A stretch of 63,771 nucleotides of DNA, filler included, from Gemmatimonadota bacterium (GTDB taxonomy: Bacteria > 4572-55 > J002): the NCBI GenBank assembly GCA_003697105.1. It is 6 parts of 6 records of this genome, joined end to end, with 100 filler letters (N's around TTAATTAATTAA, not from the genome) between each part and the next. Parts side by side here need not be neighbours in the genome. Positions count along the whole stretch, not along the records: positions 40,051 to 52,775 come from RFFQ01000140.1; positions 52,876 to 59,580 come from RFFQ01000142.1; positions 59,681 to 63,771 come from RFFQ01000159.1; 3 more parts are not named here. One strand, written 5' to 3'. This document shows positions 50,553 through 60,157 of this stretch, in pieces. A program made the position numbers and the translations under genes. How positions within the stretch are numbered: the first letter of the stretch is position 1; the number at the start of each line of letters is the position of its first letter. The notes under the pieces were generated by a model. The model was given only the letters and a program-made list of their open reading frames with translations, was not told the DNA's origin and ran no database searches.

Positions 50553-52376
50553 TTAGCTGTGCTGAAAGGTTTGGATTGCCTCTCGCAAGCGGTTGGAGAG
50601 GTTCTGTAACTCTTGGGTGATGGTATTGGCATCTCGCCCAGAATCAGCAACTTCCTGAATCCCTTCCGAAATTTCATGAAGCAATGTCACCATCTGGTCA
50701 CTGGCGGCATTTTGTTGGATAACCGCGTTGCTAATCTGGCGTGCGGAACTGGCGGTTGTTTCGGCTTCGGTGGCAATCTCCTGCAAGGCTTTTAAGGTCA
50801 CTTCTGTCAGGTGGACACCTTCGAAAATCAGGTGGGTTTTTGCTTCTGAAGAGATGCCCAACTCGTTATTGGCGACCGTAATTTCCTGAATAATGCCGCG
50901 CATTTCCTGAACGGCATCCGCGGTTTTGCTCGCTAAATCCCGAACTTCTTTTGCCACGACTTCAAACCGTTTGCCCACGGCGCCGGCACCGGCGGCTTCT
51001 ATGGAGGCGTTGAGCGCGATAAATTTGGTTCTGTCGGCAATGTCACGGATCAAATCCATCACCCGGTAGATATTCTCGAATTTCGTTTTTAAATCGGCGA
51101 GTTTCGCGATGACTTCATTATTTTTCTGGTCGATTTGGCGGACACCGGCGTTCATTTCCCCCATTGCCCGTAGCCCTTTCTGGGAGCTGGTTTCTGTTCG
51201 ATTGGCAATTTCCACCACCTGTTTTGCCCCACCGGCAACTTGTGCCGAAGTAGAAGCAAGTTCCTCCATTGTGGAAGTGGCATTGACAATGGAATTGGAC
51301 TGGCTTTCCAACTGAGCAGATTGTCCTTGGGCGATCATCGCCAGAATTTCCGCCGTGCTATCCAACTGGTGCCAACTATCATTGATGCGCTTTACTAAAT
51401 TTTCCAGATGATCCGTCATCTGATTGAAATAGCTGGTCAGCATTCCGAATTCATCGCGGGAGACTACCGGTACGCGGCGGGTTAGGTCACCACTGATGAT
51501 TTCTTGTACGGCACGCTGCACCGAAACCACCGGAAAATGAATCGATCGCGCCAGCAATAATGCCAAAATGGTGGTTAAAATGATGCTGACCAACGCCATG
51601 GCGATCATGTTGTTTTTGAGTTCCATCTTGATGATCTCGGTTTGCGCCGCATCTGCCTGCGCGATGTCGGCGGCTTTTTGGTAGGATACCGTACCGACCA
51701 TCAGAAAGGCGGAAAGGACGATCAGCAACACCACAAAAACCACTTTTACCCGCACGGTGACCACTTGCATCTCCCGGTGGTGAAACCCTCGTAAGTGGCT
51801 GTGAAACAAGTGTATTATCGGAAAAATAAGTTGTTCCATGATGAAAAAATCAACCGTGCTGATGATCGTGATCACAATTGCGCTGGCAACAAGGGAATGT
51901 TTGATAAAGGGTGCCGTTGGGATGTCCGGACGAAAGAGAATGACGATCAAAATCGTAGGGATGGCAATCACAAAAAAGGCGGAAATTAGCTGAAACACAA
52001 AAAACCGTGCCGGCAGATCGATTACCTCTTGCCAAGCTTGCTCCACCGCCGTTTCCTCTACGGGTTTATCTTCCAACAGGGATTGGATTACCGGTTTGAC
52101 ATGCGGTGTTTTGGCACGGGTAAACAGGCGTAATCCCATCAAAAAGAGTAAAGAAGTAATAAACAAGATGGAAATAATAAAAAAGCGGTGTTCGCTAATA
52201 TACGGCATGTTGATTTGGGCATAAAAATATCCCAAAATGGCGGCGATAAACGTATTTGCCTTCATCAACGGCAGTGCGATGGTCAGGTAGTTGTCCTGCC
52301 ACCAGCGGAAACCCGTAAAAAACAGGCGGGTCAAGCTGTCGGATGTCCCGTAAAATAGGTCTGAACTGGATTTCAT
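50553..52376 (-). CDS. Methyl-accepting chemotaxis protein (multi-TM, HAMP)
   Basis: GDLTRRV...DEFG..T..FN.M HAMP; IALNASIEAAGAG..GKRFEVVAKEVR. Confidence 0.9.
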   Translation of the reverse strand: MKSSSDLFYGTSDSLTRLFFTGFRWWQDNYLTIALPLMKANTFIAAILGYFYAQINMPYISEHRFFIISILFITSLLFLMGLRLFTRAKTPHVKPVIQSLLEDKPVEETAVEQAWQEVIDLPARFFVFQLISAFFVIAIPTILIVILFRPDIPTAPFIKHSLVASAIVITIISTVDFFIMEQLIFPIIHLFHSHLRGFHHREMQVVTVRVKVVFVVLLIVLSAFLMVGTVSYQKAADIAQADAAQTEIIKMELKNNMIAMALVSIILTTILALLLARSIHFPVVSVQRAVQEIISGDLTRRVPVVSRDEFGMLTSYFNQMTDHLENLVKRINDSWHQLDSTAEILAMIAQGQSAQLESQSNSIVNATSTMEELASTSAQVAGGAKQVVEIANRTETSSQKGLRAMGEMNAGVRQIDQKNNEVIAKLADLKTKFENIYRVMDLIRDIADRTKFIALNASIEAAGAGAVGKRFEVVAKEVRDLASKTADAVQEMRGIIQEITVANNELGISSEAKTHLIFEGVHLTEVTLKALQEIATEAETTASSARQISNAVIQQNAASDQMVTLLHEISEGIQEVADSGRDANTITQELQNLSNRLREAIQTFQHS

Positions 52377-52478
52377 TGATTCTCATCTCGTGGATTGTCA
52401 AGGGATTGTGGGATTCAGAAGTTTCAATCTATCATATTTTTACATACCCTGTCAACAGCGAAATTCCGGTTCATAATA

Positions 52479-52527
52479 CAATACCTTCGCCAAAATTTGA
52501 GGTGACATAATATTCTCTTTTTACATT
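52479..52527 (+). repeat. Short dispersed repeat family C (~47 bp)
   Basis: CAATACCTTCGCCAAAATTTGAGGTGACAT.ATATTCTCTTT matches the reverse complement of 59901-59946. Confidence 0.85.
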
Positions 52528-52572
52528 ATAGCATGATTGACTTTCTATTTTCATTCATTGCTATAAGAGGAG

Positions 52573-52774
52573 CTGAAGTCTCCGCAGAAGTTTTCCGCTG
52601 AATACCGTTTTAGTTTGAATTTTAATTCTTTACTTCTTAAATTGTTGAGCAAGTTAAACGTTCCCTAACCGATAACCTGCAGGAGACCGGCGATGCGTTC
52701 AAGGTGTTGGCTTCGCAAGCTCAACCAACGAACTGCATTTATCAGCGAATTACGGAGTTGTGCGGAGACTTCAG
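52573..52774. mobile_element. MITE-like element (family B), 202 bp, with 14-bp perfect terminal inverted repeats
   Basis: Left CTGAAGTCTCCGCA, right TGCGGAGACTTCAG; the right ~98 bp recur inverted at 63674-63771; no transposase ORF. Confidence 0.8.
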
Positions 52775-52775
52775 A

Positions 52776-52875
52776 NNNNNNNNNNNNNNNNNNNNNNNNN
52801 NNNNNNNNNNNNNNNNNNNTTAATTAATTAANNNNNNNNNNNNNNNNNNNNNNNNNNNNNNNNNNNNNNNNNNNN
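52776..52875. other. Artificial contig linker
   Basis: N run with TTAATTAATTAA. Confidence 0.99.
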
Positions 52876-53397
52876 CGTGGCAAAACCATTGGTACAGAAC
52901 CGGATGCTATTGAAGGTTTGACCATAATAGTCAAAGTCAAAGCCTAAATCGAACGGGCCGACGTTGGTATCGTCCCCCAGACCGGTGATCAGCGTACCGC
53001 TTTCGCTGATGTCATTCCATTCATAACTGGGACCGCCACCTTCATCGCTGTCAATCCAGCTATAACCGTACCAGTCGGGTCCACCCGAACCCCGCAAAGA
53101 TGGTGTACCGGTACCACGTACATCGTCACCTTTGCGAACATCGGATTCTTGACCAATGATTGTTTCTTTCGGAGTGACCGTTGCACGATTATCATCAAAT
53201 TCAACCGCGATACTATAAGTTAAGTCCGCATCGCCGGTATTTGAGATGGTCATCATTTCCGTATAATCCGTCATACCGAAATCGAGTGTTACATCGAATT
53301 CAGTCGGATCAACTTCAATAGTCTGACCCAGTGCAGTGGAAGCACCAAGAAAGAACACTAAACATATCACAAGCGTGATAAACTGTTTAGAATTCAT
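52876..53397 (-). CDS. Secreted Ig-like/surface protein, N-terminal fragment (3' truncated)
   Basis: Signal peptide; TISNTGDADLTY Ig strand; GGPDWYGYSWIDSDE.GGP.YEW.DI motif; AAGGAGG RBS. Confidence 0.75.
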
Positions 53398-53522
53398 AAG
53401 GCAAAAACCTCCTTATAACTTGAAAAAAAAGAAACGAATTAAATAATGTAGAGTGAAAAAAAAACAACTACAACTTGGGGTAGATTCTGAAGATATTACG
53501 CGGTAATCACCTCCTTAAATAG

Positions 53523-53572
53523 AAAAACCGCTCTGAGGAGTATCGGTATCAGACCGTATCCCGCAGAGCGGC
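53523..53572 (-). terminator. Terminator-like hairpin in the 5' leader of the 53397 gene
   Basis: Minus strand GCCGCTCTGCGGGATACGG...CCGATACTCCTCAGAGCGG-TTTTT. Confidence 0.6.
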
Positions 53573-53891
53573 TTATCCAACACATTTAAAGTTCATACAA
53601 TTAAACCACCATGTATAAAAATCCCCGCCAGTAGTGCTTGAATGTAGAGAAAAACTGATAATCATCATGTAATAGCCTAGCTATATTACTAAAGTATCAG
53701 TCGCTATAAACAGATATACGCTGCAATTCTCGTTTACATTACAGGAAAAAGATAAAATTGTCAAGCACTTTTTATGTGGGCAAAAACCACCTCTTTATAC
53801 GTAAATTATTAGAATTGAAAACGTTACCAACATAACGTGGGGTAAACCGTTTTCTCAAATTTTTTTGATAAAGACCGTTTTTTGACCGCCC

Positions 53892-55736
53892 TTATCCTCG
53901 ATCTGCCCGTTCGTATTCTTTCACCGGGGGCTTGATAACCGTAGGAGTGACAAAAATCATCAATTCCCGTTTATTTAAGGTACTGCGTTCGCTTCGGAAG
54001 AGCTGGCCAAAAACTGGTAAATGTCCCAAAAAGGGTACAACGCTTTTTGAGCGGTTGCGGTCGGTACTCATTAAGCCACCAATTACCGCCGTAGCGCCAT
54101 TATCCACCATCACCCGTGTTTCGGCATCATCTTTATTAATCAACTCCTGACCGGCAGCTTCTGGGGCGATAGAACTCACTTCAACGTATAAATCCATCAG
54201 TACCTTATCATCTGCGATCACATGTGGGGTGACGCGTAACGTTACCCCAATATCTTCTGTTTTTTGAGTAACTTCAGTACCTTCCGGCGATTTTTCGGTA
54301 CGGGTACGCCCTTGACCCGCGTGGATTTTCGCCTCTTCATTATCGAGCACCGTAATTCGCGGTTCAGAGAGTGTTTCACCCTGTCCTTGATCTTCTAGCA
54401 TCTGGATCATGGCACTAATATCGATGGTCGATAATAAAGTACCAAATCGAAAAGCGGTCGTCCCTAACAACGGAAAGCTTGTCTCGCCTTCCGCATGGGT
54501 ATCCACTAACGGATTCCCAAAATTACCGGCACTCCAATTAATTCCAAATTGTTTTGTAGCATTGGGGGCAATGGAAACCACCTTTGCTTGAATAACAACT
54601 TGAGGGATATACGTATCCAGTTTAGTTAATAATGCCCGGGCTTCTTCTATATAAGAAGGTAAATCCGTCATAATAATCGAATTCGTCCGCCGGTCAACTT
54701 GAATACTGCCTTTGGGGGATTTAACTCGCGATAATGCCGGCTGAATCTCGCTCGCGGTTGCATACTGCACTTTAATTACTTCCGTGGTAAACGGCAACAA
54801 TTCCTCTAATTCTTGTTGATTTCGCAATTTCTGGCGTTCAATTTGGTCAAATTCATTTTTAGTGACCACCCGAATAATTCCATCTTCTTCTTCGATCGCC
54901 ACAAAATTACTCACATCCAAAATGAGGTCCATCGCCCGGCGCCACGGCACATCAATTAGGCGCATTGAAATAAGCCCCCCGACGGCATTACTTGCCACAA
55001 TGTTCACATTCCCGTAATCCGCTAAGAATCGGAGTACATTACGCACATCCGCTTTGATCAAATCAAATGAGATCAATTTCTCTTCTTCCAGAGCGGCATC
55101 TTCTGCGTCTTCTTCCATCCCCGGGGTTTGCGGATTTTCCACCACAATAAAATCATCTCCTGCGACATAGGCGGGGCGGTCATCTGTACCGGTTTGCACC
55201 GGAGGTAAATAATCTCCATCGGGAGAAACCGGAGAAGGATTAGTGGATGAACTGGTACGGTCCATTTGGGGTTTCGATTCGGGTGGGGACGGTGTCTCTG
55301 TGGGCAAGCCTTCACCTTCTTTAAAGCCCATCGTGTCAATGGCAACAATGAGGTTATTTTCTTCCGTCAGGATAAGGTATGAGGCGCGCTCTGCCAAATC
55401 GATCACAATCCGAACGGTGGGTTCGGGGAGTTCCTCAAATAAATCTCGTTGCCCCACACGAATAGCGGTGATCCCCTTTGCTTCTAAATTTTCGAGGATA
55501 CTGGTTCGGACTTTATTTTGTGCATTTTTACAATCGATCACGATCCGGTGGGGCCGGTCCATCATAAAATCTTCATAAATAACCGGACCATCGGCTTTGA
55601 TGGTAACATACGTTGTTTCCCCCACTTGTCGAATATCAATGTCCGATATCTCATACGCCCAACTGTTGGAAAGTCCAACACCCACGCATAAGATGATGCA
55701 AAATGTCATCAACTTGAAGATGTGACTTATCGTCAT
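53892..55736 (-). CDS. pilQ: Type IV pilus secretin PilQ
   Basis: AMIN domain, ISFDL..ADVR.VL, VPWRRAMD, QVVIQAKVV, LSEPRITVLDN, VTLRVTPHV, VPFLG.LP.FG.LF, ELMIFVTP. Confidence 0.92.
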   Translation of the reverse strand: MTISHIFKLMTFCIILCVGVGLSNSWAYEISDIDIRQVGETTYVTIKADGPVIYEDFMMDRPHRIVIDCKNAQNKVRTSILENLEAKGITAIRVGQRDLFEELPEPTVRIVIDLAERASYLILTEENNLIVAIDTMGFKEGEGLPTETPSPPESKPQMDRTSSSTNPSPVSPDGDYLPPVQTGTDDRPAYVAGDDFIVVENPQTPGMEEDAEDAALEEEKLISFDLIKADVRNVLRFLADYGNVNIVASNAVGGLISMRLIDVPWRRAMDLILDVSNFVAIEEEDGIIRVVTKNEFDQIERQKLRNQQELEELLPFTTEVIKVQYATASEIQPALSRVKSPKGSIQVDRRTNSIIMTDLPSYIEEARALLTKLDTYIPQVVIQAKVVSIAPNATKQFGINWSAGNFGNPLVDTHAEGETSFPLLGTTAFRFGTLLSTIDISAMIQMLEDQGQGETLSEPRITVLDNEEAKIHAGQGRTRTEKSPEGTEVTQKTEDIGVTLRVTPHVIADDKVLMDLYVEVSSIAPEAAGQELINKDDAETRVMVDNGATAVIGGLMSTDRNRSKSVVPFLGHLPVFGQLFRSERSTLNKRELMIFVTPTVIKPPVKEYERADRG

Positions 55737-56557
55737 CTTCCATCCCTCCTTGAGTTTTCACTCTGAAGCCGGCGCTGAACGTCTTCAATCAACGGATCCT
55801 CTCGATTGACAATCGTCCCAACTTTCATCGTCTTTGATAATAATTGTTTCCCGGAGAATTCATCTTCAACTTCAAAAATAATTTCATCCGTAAGAATGCT
55901 GTGAACTCGACCATTACTCACCCGGTCACCTTCCTGAAGATAGTAGGCAAATCCATTGCCATCTTGGACTAATGCGACACGACCATCAACACCATCCAAA
56001 ATACCGAAAAGCTCGATACTCGTAACATCCAGTTCACCTTCGGGCTGGGGCAGATTTCCTTGGCCTTCACTATTATTTCTGGAGGATCGCTTTTGGTCTT
56101 TAATCAAAGGTGCAAACGGGTCACGAGCCGAACTCCGGCGATACACATATTTTGGCTCGCTGACCGCTTCCTCTTCTTTAACATCTGGTTTGAACTGAAA
56201 TACATCCGGTTTGGACGTCTCTGTCGGGATTGATGGTTTACCAATATCCGTGGTATCAAGACTCCCAATAGGTGGTTTCCCGGCTTCCTGAGAATCCGCA
56301 ACAACAGGTGGTTTAGGACGGGGTTTCGGTTTGGGTTGGCGCTGCTGGGGTTTGACAGGAACTTCATCTTCCTGACCAAACAACGATTTAACCCAATTAA
56401 TCGCACCACTGATAAACCCTTCATCGGAGCTTTCAGCAGGTTCTTCCCATTCATCTTCTTGAGCAAAGACATCAACATGTCCTTCATTCAACGTCATGAG
56501 GCTCAAGACAAGCAATACACCCAACAGCACGCTCACTTTACCAATCTTCAAATTCAT
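55733..56557 (-). CDS. pilP: PilP-like pilus assembly protein with long Pro/charged linker
   Basis: RDPFAPL motif, L.GI......ALV.D..G..Y.L..GD; located between pilO and pilQ. Confidence 0.7.
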   Translation of the reverse strand: MNLKIGKVSVLLGVLLVLSLMTLNEGHVDVFAQEDEWEEPAESSDEGFISGAINWVKSLFGQEDEVPVKPQQRQPKPKPRPKPPVVADSQEAGKPPIGSLDTTDIGKPSIPTETSKPDVFQFKPDVKEEEAVSEPKYVYRRSSARDPFAPLIKDQKRSSRNNSEGQGNLPQPEGELDVTSIELFGILDGVDGRVALVQDGNGFAYYLQEGDRVSNGRVHSILTDEIIFEVEDEFSGKQLLSKTMKVGTIVNREDPLIEDVQRRLQSENSRRDGR

Positions 56558-57164
56558 CCACCTCACCTCCATCGCTGTCAGAGCCACCCGGCGGTGCCAT
56601 ACCTTCCTTAAACGCAAAGGCGTTTACCGTAAAATCAACTTGGATATTTTGGTCACTCTCATTTGATTTGAACGGCTGAATGCTAATTTTTTCGACCTTC
56701 ACAATCCGCTTAAAGTTCGCAACATCAGCAAAAAACTCGGCAAGGTCATGGTAAGTTGAGGTCGCTTTAATCTGGAACGGATGCGTTTCGACAACCGCAC
56801 TACCGCCCGAAGTTACCGGTGCCGGTCTTATCTCTTTAATTGTGACATTTCGCGTGACCGCGGTATTCGTCAATTGAACAATCAACCGGGCAACTTGTTT
56901 TTTGCTAGGCAACCGTGCACTCACATCTTCCCATTTTTCATTGAGTTTGTCCAATTCCTGCTGAATCATGGGTAATCGATTTGCAACGGCACGAACTTGG
57001 TCGAGATCATTCTGCAACTTAGAAAGCTCTTCTTGTTTTTTTACCACTTCTGCTTTCGCCGGACTTAACAAATAGTTATAACCCCCGTACGCCACCCCCA
57101 AAATCAGCAAAATCATCACCAACAACACCTGTATTACAGGGTCTTTCAAATCAATGTCATTCAT
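56538..57164 (-). CDS. pilO: Type IV pilus assembly protein PilO
   Basis: TM, coiled coil, RLPSKKQVARLI, TYHDLAEFFADVANFKRIV. Confidence 0.9.
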   Translation of the reverse strand: MNDIDLKDPVIQVLLVMILLILGVAYGGYNYLLSPAKAEVVKKQEELSKLQNDLDQVRAVANRLPMIQQELDKLNEKWEDVSARLPSKKQVARLIVQLTNTAVTRNVTIKEIRPAPVTSGGSAVVETHPFQIKATSTYHDLAEFFADVANFKRIVKVEKISIQPFKSNESDQNIQVDFTVNAFAFKEGMAPPGGSDSDGGEVDEFEDW

Positions 57165-57210
57165 GTGATTACCACCACCTTAACTTACGGGTAGGATTCT
57201 CCCTATTTCA

Positions 57211-57660
57211 TCACTGAAATTGGGTCAAATACACCGGCTGTAAATTCCGCTCTTCAGATACACTGACAAAAATATTTTGAACATTATACGAGAATGTCTG
57301 ACCTTTTGTATCCGTAAACGTGTAGGTTAAAGAGACAAACGCTTGATAAAACGGTTCATAGGTTAAGTTTCCGTCGTCATCTTGGGTAGGAAACGTTAAA
57401 TACTGGTTGAACCGGTACACCCCATTTTCATCCGTATAAAGCACATCTGTAAACGTGCCTTGGTCACCGTTTGCAGTCGAAGCAAGCACAGAAACCTCTA
57501 CCATGACCTCCGGTACTCCGACCGGAATTAACGGCGATTGCAAGACCGTCCCGCTCAGTTCAAAATTATCTGGATCATCTTCGGCTTGATCACAACTGAA
57601 TAACGAAAAGGCGATACCGCCGATCAAGACGGCGAAAATCAGATGTTTTATGCCTACCAT
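57211..57660 (-). CDS. Hypothetical lipoprotein (Ig/prealbumin-like fold) inside the pil operon
   Basis: Lipobox LFSC; LSGTV....GVP.V.V.V...YTDENGVYRF; GAGGTGA RBS. Confidence 0.75.
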   Translation of the reverse strand: MVGIKHLIFAVLIGGIAFSLFSCDQAEDDPDNFELSGTVLQSPLIPVGVPEVMVEVSVLASTANGDQGTFTDVLYTDENGVYRFNQYLTFPTQDDDGNLTYEPFYQAFVSLTYTFTDTKGQTFSYNVQNIFVSVSEERNLQPVYLTQFQ

Positions 57661-57681
57661 GATTCACCTCAATCTAAACAA

Positions 57682-58332
57682 TTAGCTATGGTCTTCTGCC
57701 AAAGGAGCACCCAAGGACTCTGGAGCAACCAGTTTTATCCGCATTTCAAACTCATACAATTGGTAATCACCGACAAGGGTCCGTTGTTTTTGACCCGTTC
57801 TGGAAGACATCAATTCAATATCGGCGGGGTCTGCCACAATATCACTTCGTTCTAACCGGTAAATCAGCTCTGCCACGCGCACATTCGAAAACGCTTCACC
57901 TTTTAGCAAGATCGCCGGTCGTCCAGCAGAGGATTGGTCTCTGATTTCCGTAATCCAGACTTGTTCCGGAAGTGAATGTGCCAGTTGTTCCATTACTTGC
58001 ACCCAATAAAATCGATTTTGATCGAGGCGCTCAACCTCTCTTAGCCGTTCATTGGTCATAGTGCGTTTTTCTTCCAACGCCTCAACCTTTTGTTTTTCTG
58101 CTTTGCGGCGGCTTAACTCGGCATTGACTTCAGCAATCTGTTGGTTAAGGTCGGCTTTTTGACCTTCCAGACTGCGCCACCAGATAAAAATACCCATTAC
58201 GACAACCACCAACACAACCGCCGGAATCAAAATGCGTAAATCAAGAAGATTTAGACCTCCACCACCGCTGATCTCTTCTATATCGGCGCCTTTTCCCCGG
58301 TCTTCCGGTGGCAATAAATTAATTCTAATCAT
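57682..58332 (-). CDS. pilN: Type IV pilus assembly protein PilN
   Basis: MIRINLLP, TM, coiled coil, LP..VW.T, L.G.A.SN. Confidence 0.92.
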   Translation of the reverse strand: MIRINLLPPEDRGKGADIEEISGGGGLNLLDLRILIPAVVLVVVVMGIFIWWRSLEGQKADLNQQIAEVNAELSRRKAEKQKVEALEEKRTMTNERLREVERLDQNRFYWVQVMEQLAHSLPEQVWITEIRDQSSAGRPAILLKGEAFSNVRVAELIYRLERSDIVADPADIELMSSRTGQKQRTLVGDYQLYEFEMRIKLVAPESLGAPLAEDHS

Positions 58333-58333
58333 G

Positions 58334-59380
58334 CTATTTACCCGGCTTTCTTAAGGCAAGACCAATACCAACCATCAACAATGGAGCAATCTGCTCTGGG
58401 TCTTCCCCACGAAAAATATCAATATCATAATCTACCGTTTTGAGCGGATTAGCAATTTCAACCGGTACCCCATGATGCTGTCCGAGATAATCTGCTAACC
58501 CTACAATCCGCGCATTACCTCCACTAAGCACAATTCGATCCACGCCATCGGCGCTCGCCGTGCGAACAAATGAAAACGACCGGTCAATGCTGTTCGCAAG
58601 GTCTTCCACTACCGATTCAAGAATCGGTTGCAATTCATCCGGTGAGACATCGTCCACCGGCTCTCCTTTTAACAAAGCGATGGAGGTTTCGTAAGTTTGG
58701 TTGAGATTTCGTTGAATGGCTTCCGTAAACGTCTTACCCGCAACAAAAATTTCCTTTTGAAAGATAGGGTGACCCTCCCGAATGACAATCAAATTAGAAA
58801 CCTCCGAACCAACATCGATTAAGGCGATGGTTTCCGGCGAGATGCCATAATTTTCTTCGTAAGAATTCATCATGGCAAAATTATCCAAATCAATAATCAC
58901 CGGTACCAGCCCGGCTTCCCGAATCAAGTCAACGCGGGTATTAATCATATCTCGTTTGGCAGCAACAAGTAACACACTCATCTGCCGGTCACTACTTTGG
59001 TCATCAATGATCTGTAAGTCTAAATAAACCTCATCAATATCAAATGGAACATGTTGTTCCGCTTCCCACCGGATCGCCTCGCGGGCTTCTTCTTCCTTCA
59101 TCTTATCCATCGTGATCGGTTTCATGATCACGGCTCGACCACTGACAGACGTCACGACATGTTTGGTTTTCAGACCGGTTTCTTCCCACAGTTCCCGGAT
59201 GGTCTCAATCACAAGGTCCCGGTCCATAATTTCACCTTCAACAATGGCTTCCGGAAGCAACGGCTTGACGCCAAAGTTTTCCAGACTATACCCTTTGCCG
59301 CTTTTTTTCAATTCAACAACTTTAATCAGATGGCTCCCGATATCCAGCCCCACCGCCGGTGTGACTTTCTTAAAAAACAT
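58334..59380 (-). CDS. pilM: Type IV pilus assembly protein PilM
   Basis: VGLDIGSHLIKVVEL, EAEQHVPF, LIDVG, VLSGG.A, VGIGLALR. Confidence 0.95.
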   Translation of the reverse strand: MFFKKVTPAVGLDIGSHLIKVVELKKSGKGYSLENFGVKPLLPEAIVEGEIMDRDLVIETIRELWEETGLKTKHVVTSVSGRAVIMKPITMDKMKEEEAREAIRWEAEQHVPFDIDEVYLDLQIIDDQSSDRQMSVLLVAAKRDMINTRVDLIREAGLVPVIIDLDNFAMMNSYEENYGISPETIALIDVGSEVSNLIVIREGHPIFQKEIFVAGKTFTEAIQRNLNQTYETSIALLKGEPVDDVSPDELQPILESVVEDLANSIDRSFSFVRTASADGVDRIVLSGGNARIVGLADYLGQHHGVPVEIANPLKTVDYDIDIFRGEDPEQIAPLLMVGIGLALRKPGK

Positions 59381-59580
59381 GGTCGTTCCCAACCTTGAAG
59401 GTGATAAACATAGCGGTTTACAATGCTTTAAAGATCATATCATAGACGTTTCAACACTGTCAAGCAAATTTTCTATACCCGATTATTCCGGCTTCCGGTC
59501 TTGCAAATGGGTTAATAGAATCAAATGAGCCAAATCGTAGTGATTTGGCTCGGTTTGTCAGGCGATTTCCATAGCGTTTA

Positions 59581-59680
59581 NNNNNNNNNNNNNNNNNNNN
59601 NNNNNNNNNNNNNNNNNNNNNNNNTTAATTAATTAANNNNNNNNNNNNNNNNNNNNNNNNNNNNNNNNNNNNNNNNNNNN
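59581..59680. other. Artificial contig linker
   Basis: N run with TTAATTAATTAA. Confidence 0.99.
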
Positions 59681-59900
59681 CCGCGCGATCTCTTACCATA
59701 CGCCCGGAAGTGTTTATGCCGGATATCAGCCCAAACGATACCGATTAGGTGCCTTACCGGCGGCCGGCATCCTGCTGGGTCATCTCTCAGGGCTAGAAGG
59801 AAAAAGCAAAGAACCACCACCCATTGTCGATCAAGCCTTTAGAAAAAGGCATCTGGCACTTGTGACGGTCTAAAATTCTCACAGGTCAGGTGATAGAACA
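59681..59900 (+). repeat. Dispersed repeat family A (220-bp partial copy)
   Basis: Matches 1-99 and the reverse complement of 39739-39950. Confidence 0.92.
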
Positions 59901-59946
59901 ATGTAAAGAGAATATCATGTCACCTCAAATTTTGGCGAAGGTATTG
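59901..59946 (-). repeat. Short dispersed repeat family C, abutting family A end
   Basis: Reverse complement of 52479-52526. Confidence 0.85.
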
Positions 59947-60055
59947 ACGATAAAAGCGGCTTCAAATAACACAGTCAACCCGTCCCCGTCAATCTTTTTC
60001 TGAAGCGGTATGCCGGTGAGACCCGTCCCGTCCTTCTGATCTCGCTAAATTTCGC

Positions 60056-60084
60056 TTGACGGTTATCCCGTCGTGTACTACAAT
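60056..60084 (+). promoter_or_regulatory. Putative sigma70 promoter
   Basis: TTGACG-17 nt-TACAAT upstream of the kinase gene. Confidence 0.55.
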
Positions 60085-60157
60085 ACCCCGTACGGAACAA
60101 GCTGGTGATTCCTGAAAAATAACAAAAAATCGTTTATGACCCCAACTCATTCATCAA

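Noticed and set aside
53505-53518. ATCACCTCCTTA as a 16S rRNA 3' end fragment
   Set aside because: No rRNA-like sequence around it; better read as a Shine-Dalgarno-like motif on the minus strand
59629-59820. 63-aa ORF in repeat family A
   Set aside because: No recognisable motif, runs into the linker, and lies within a dispersed repeat whose copies differ near its start
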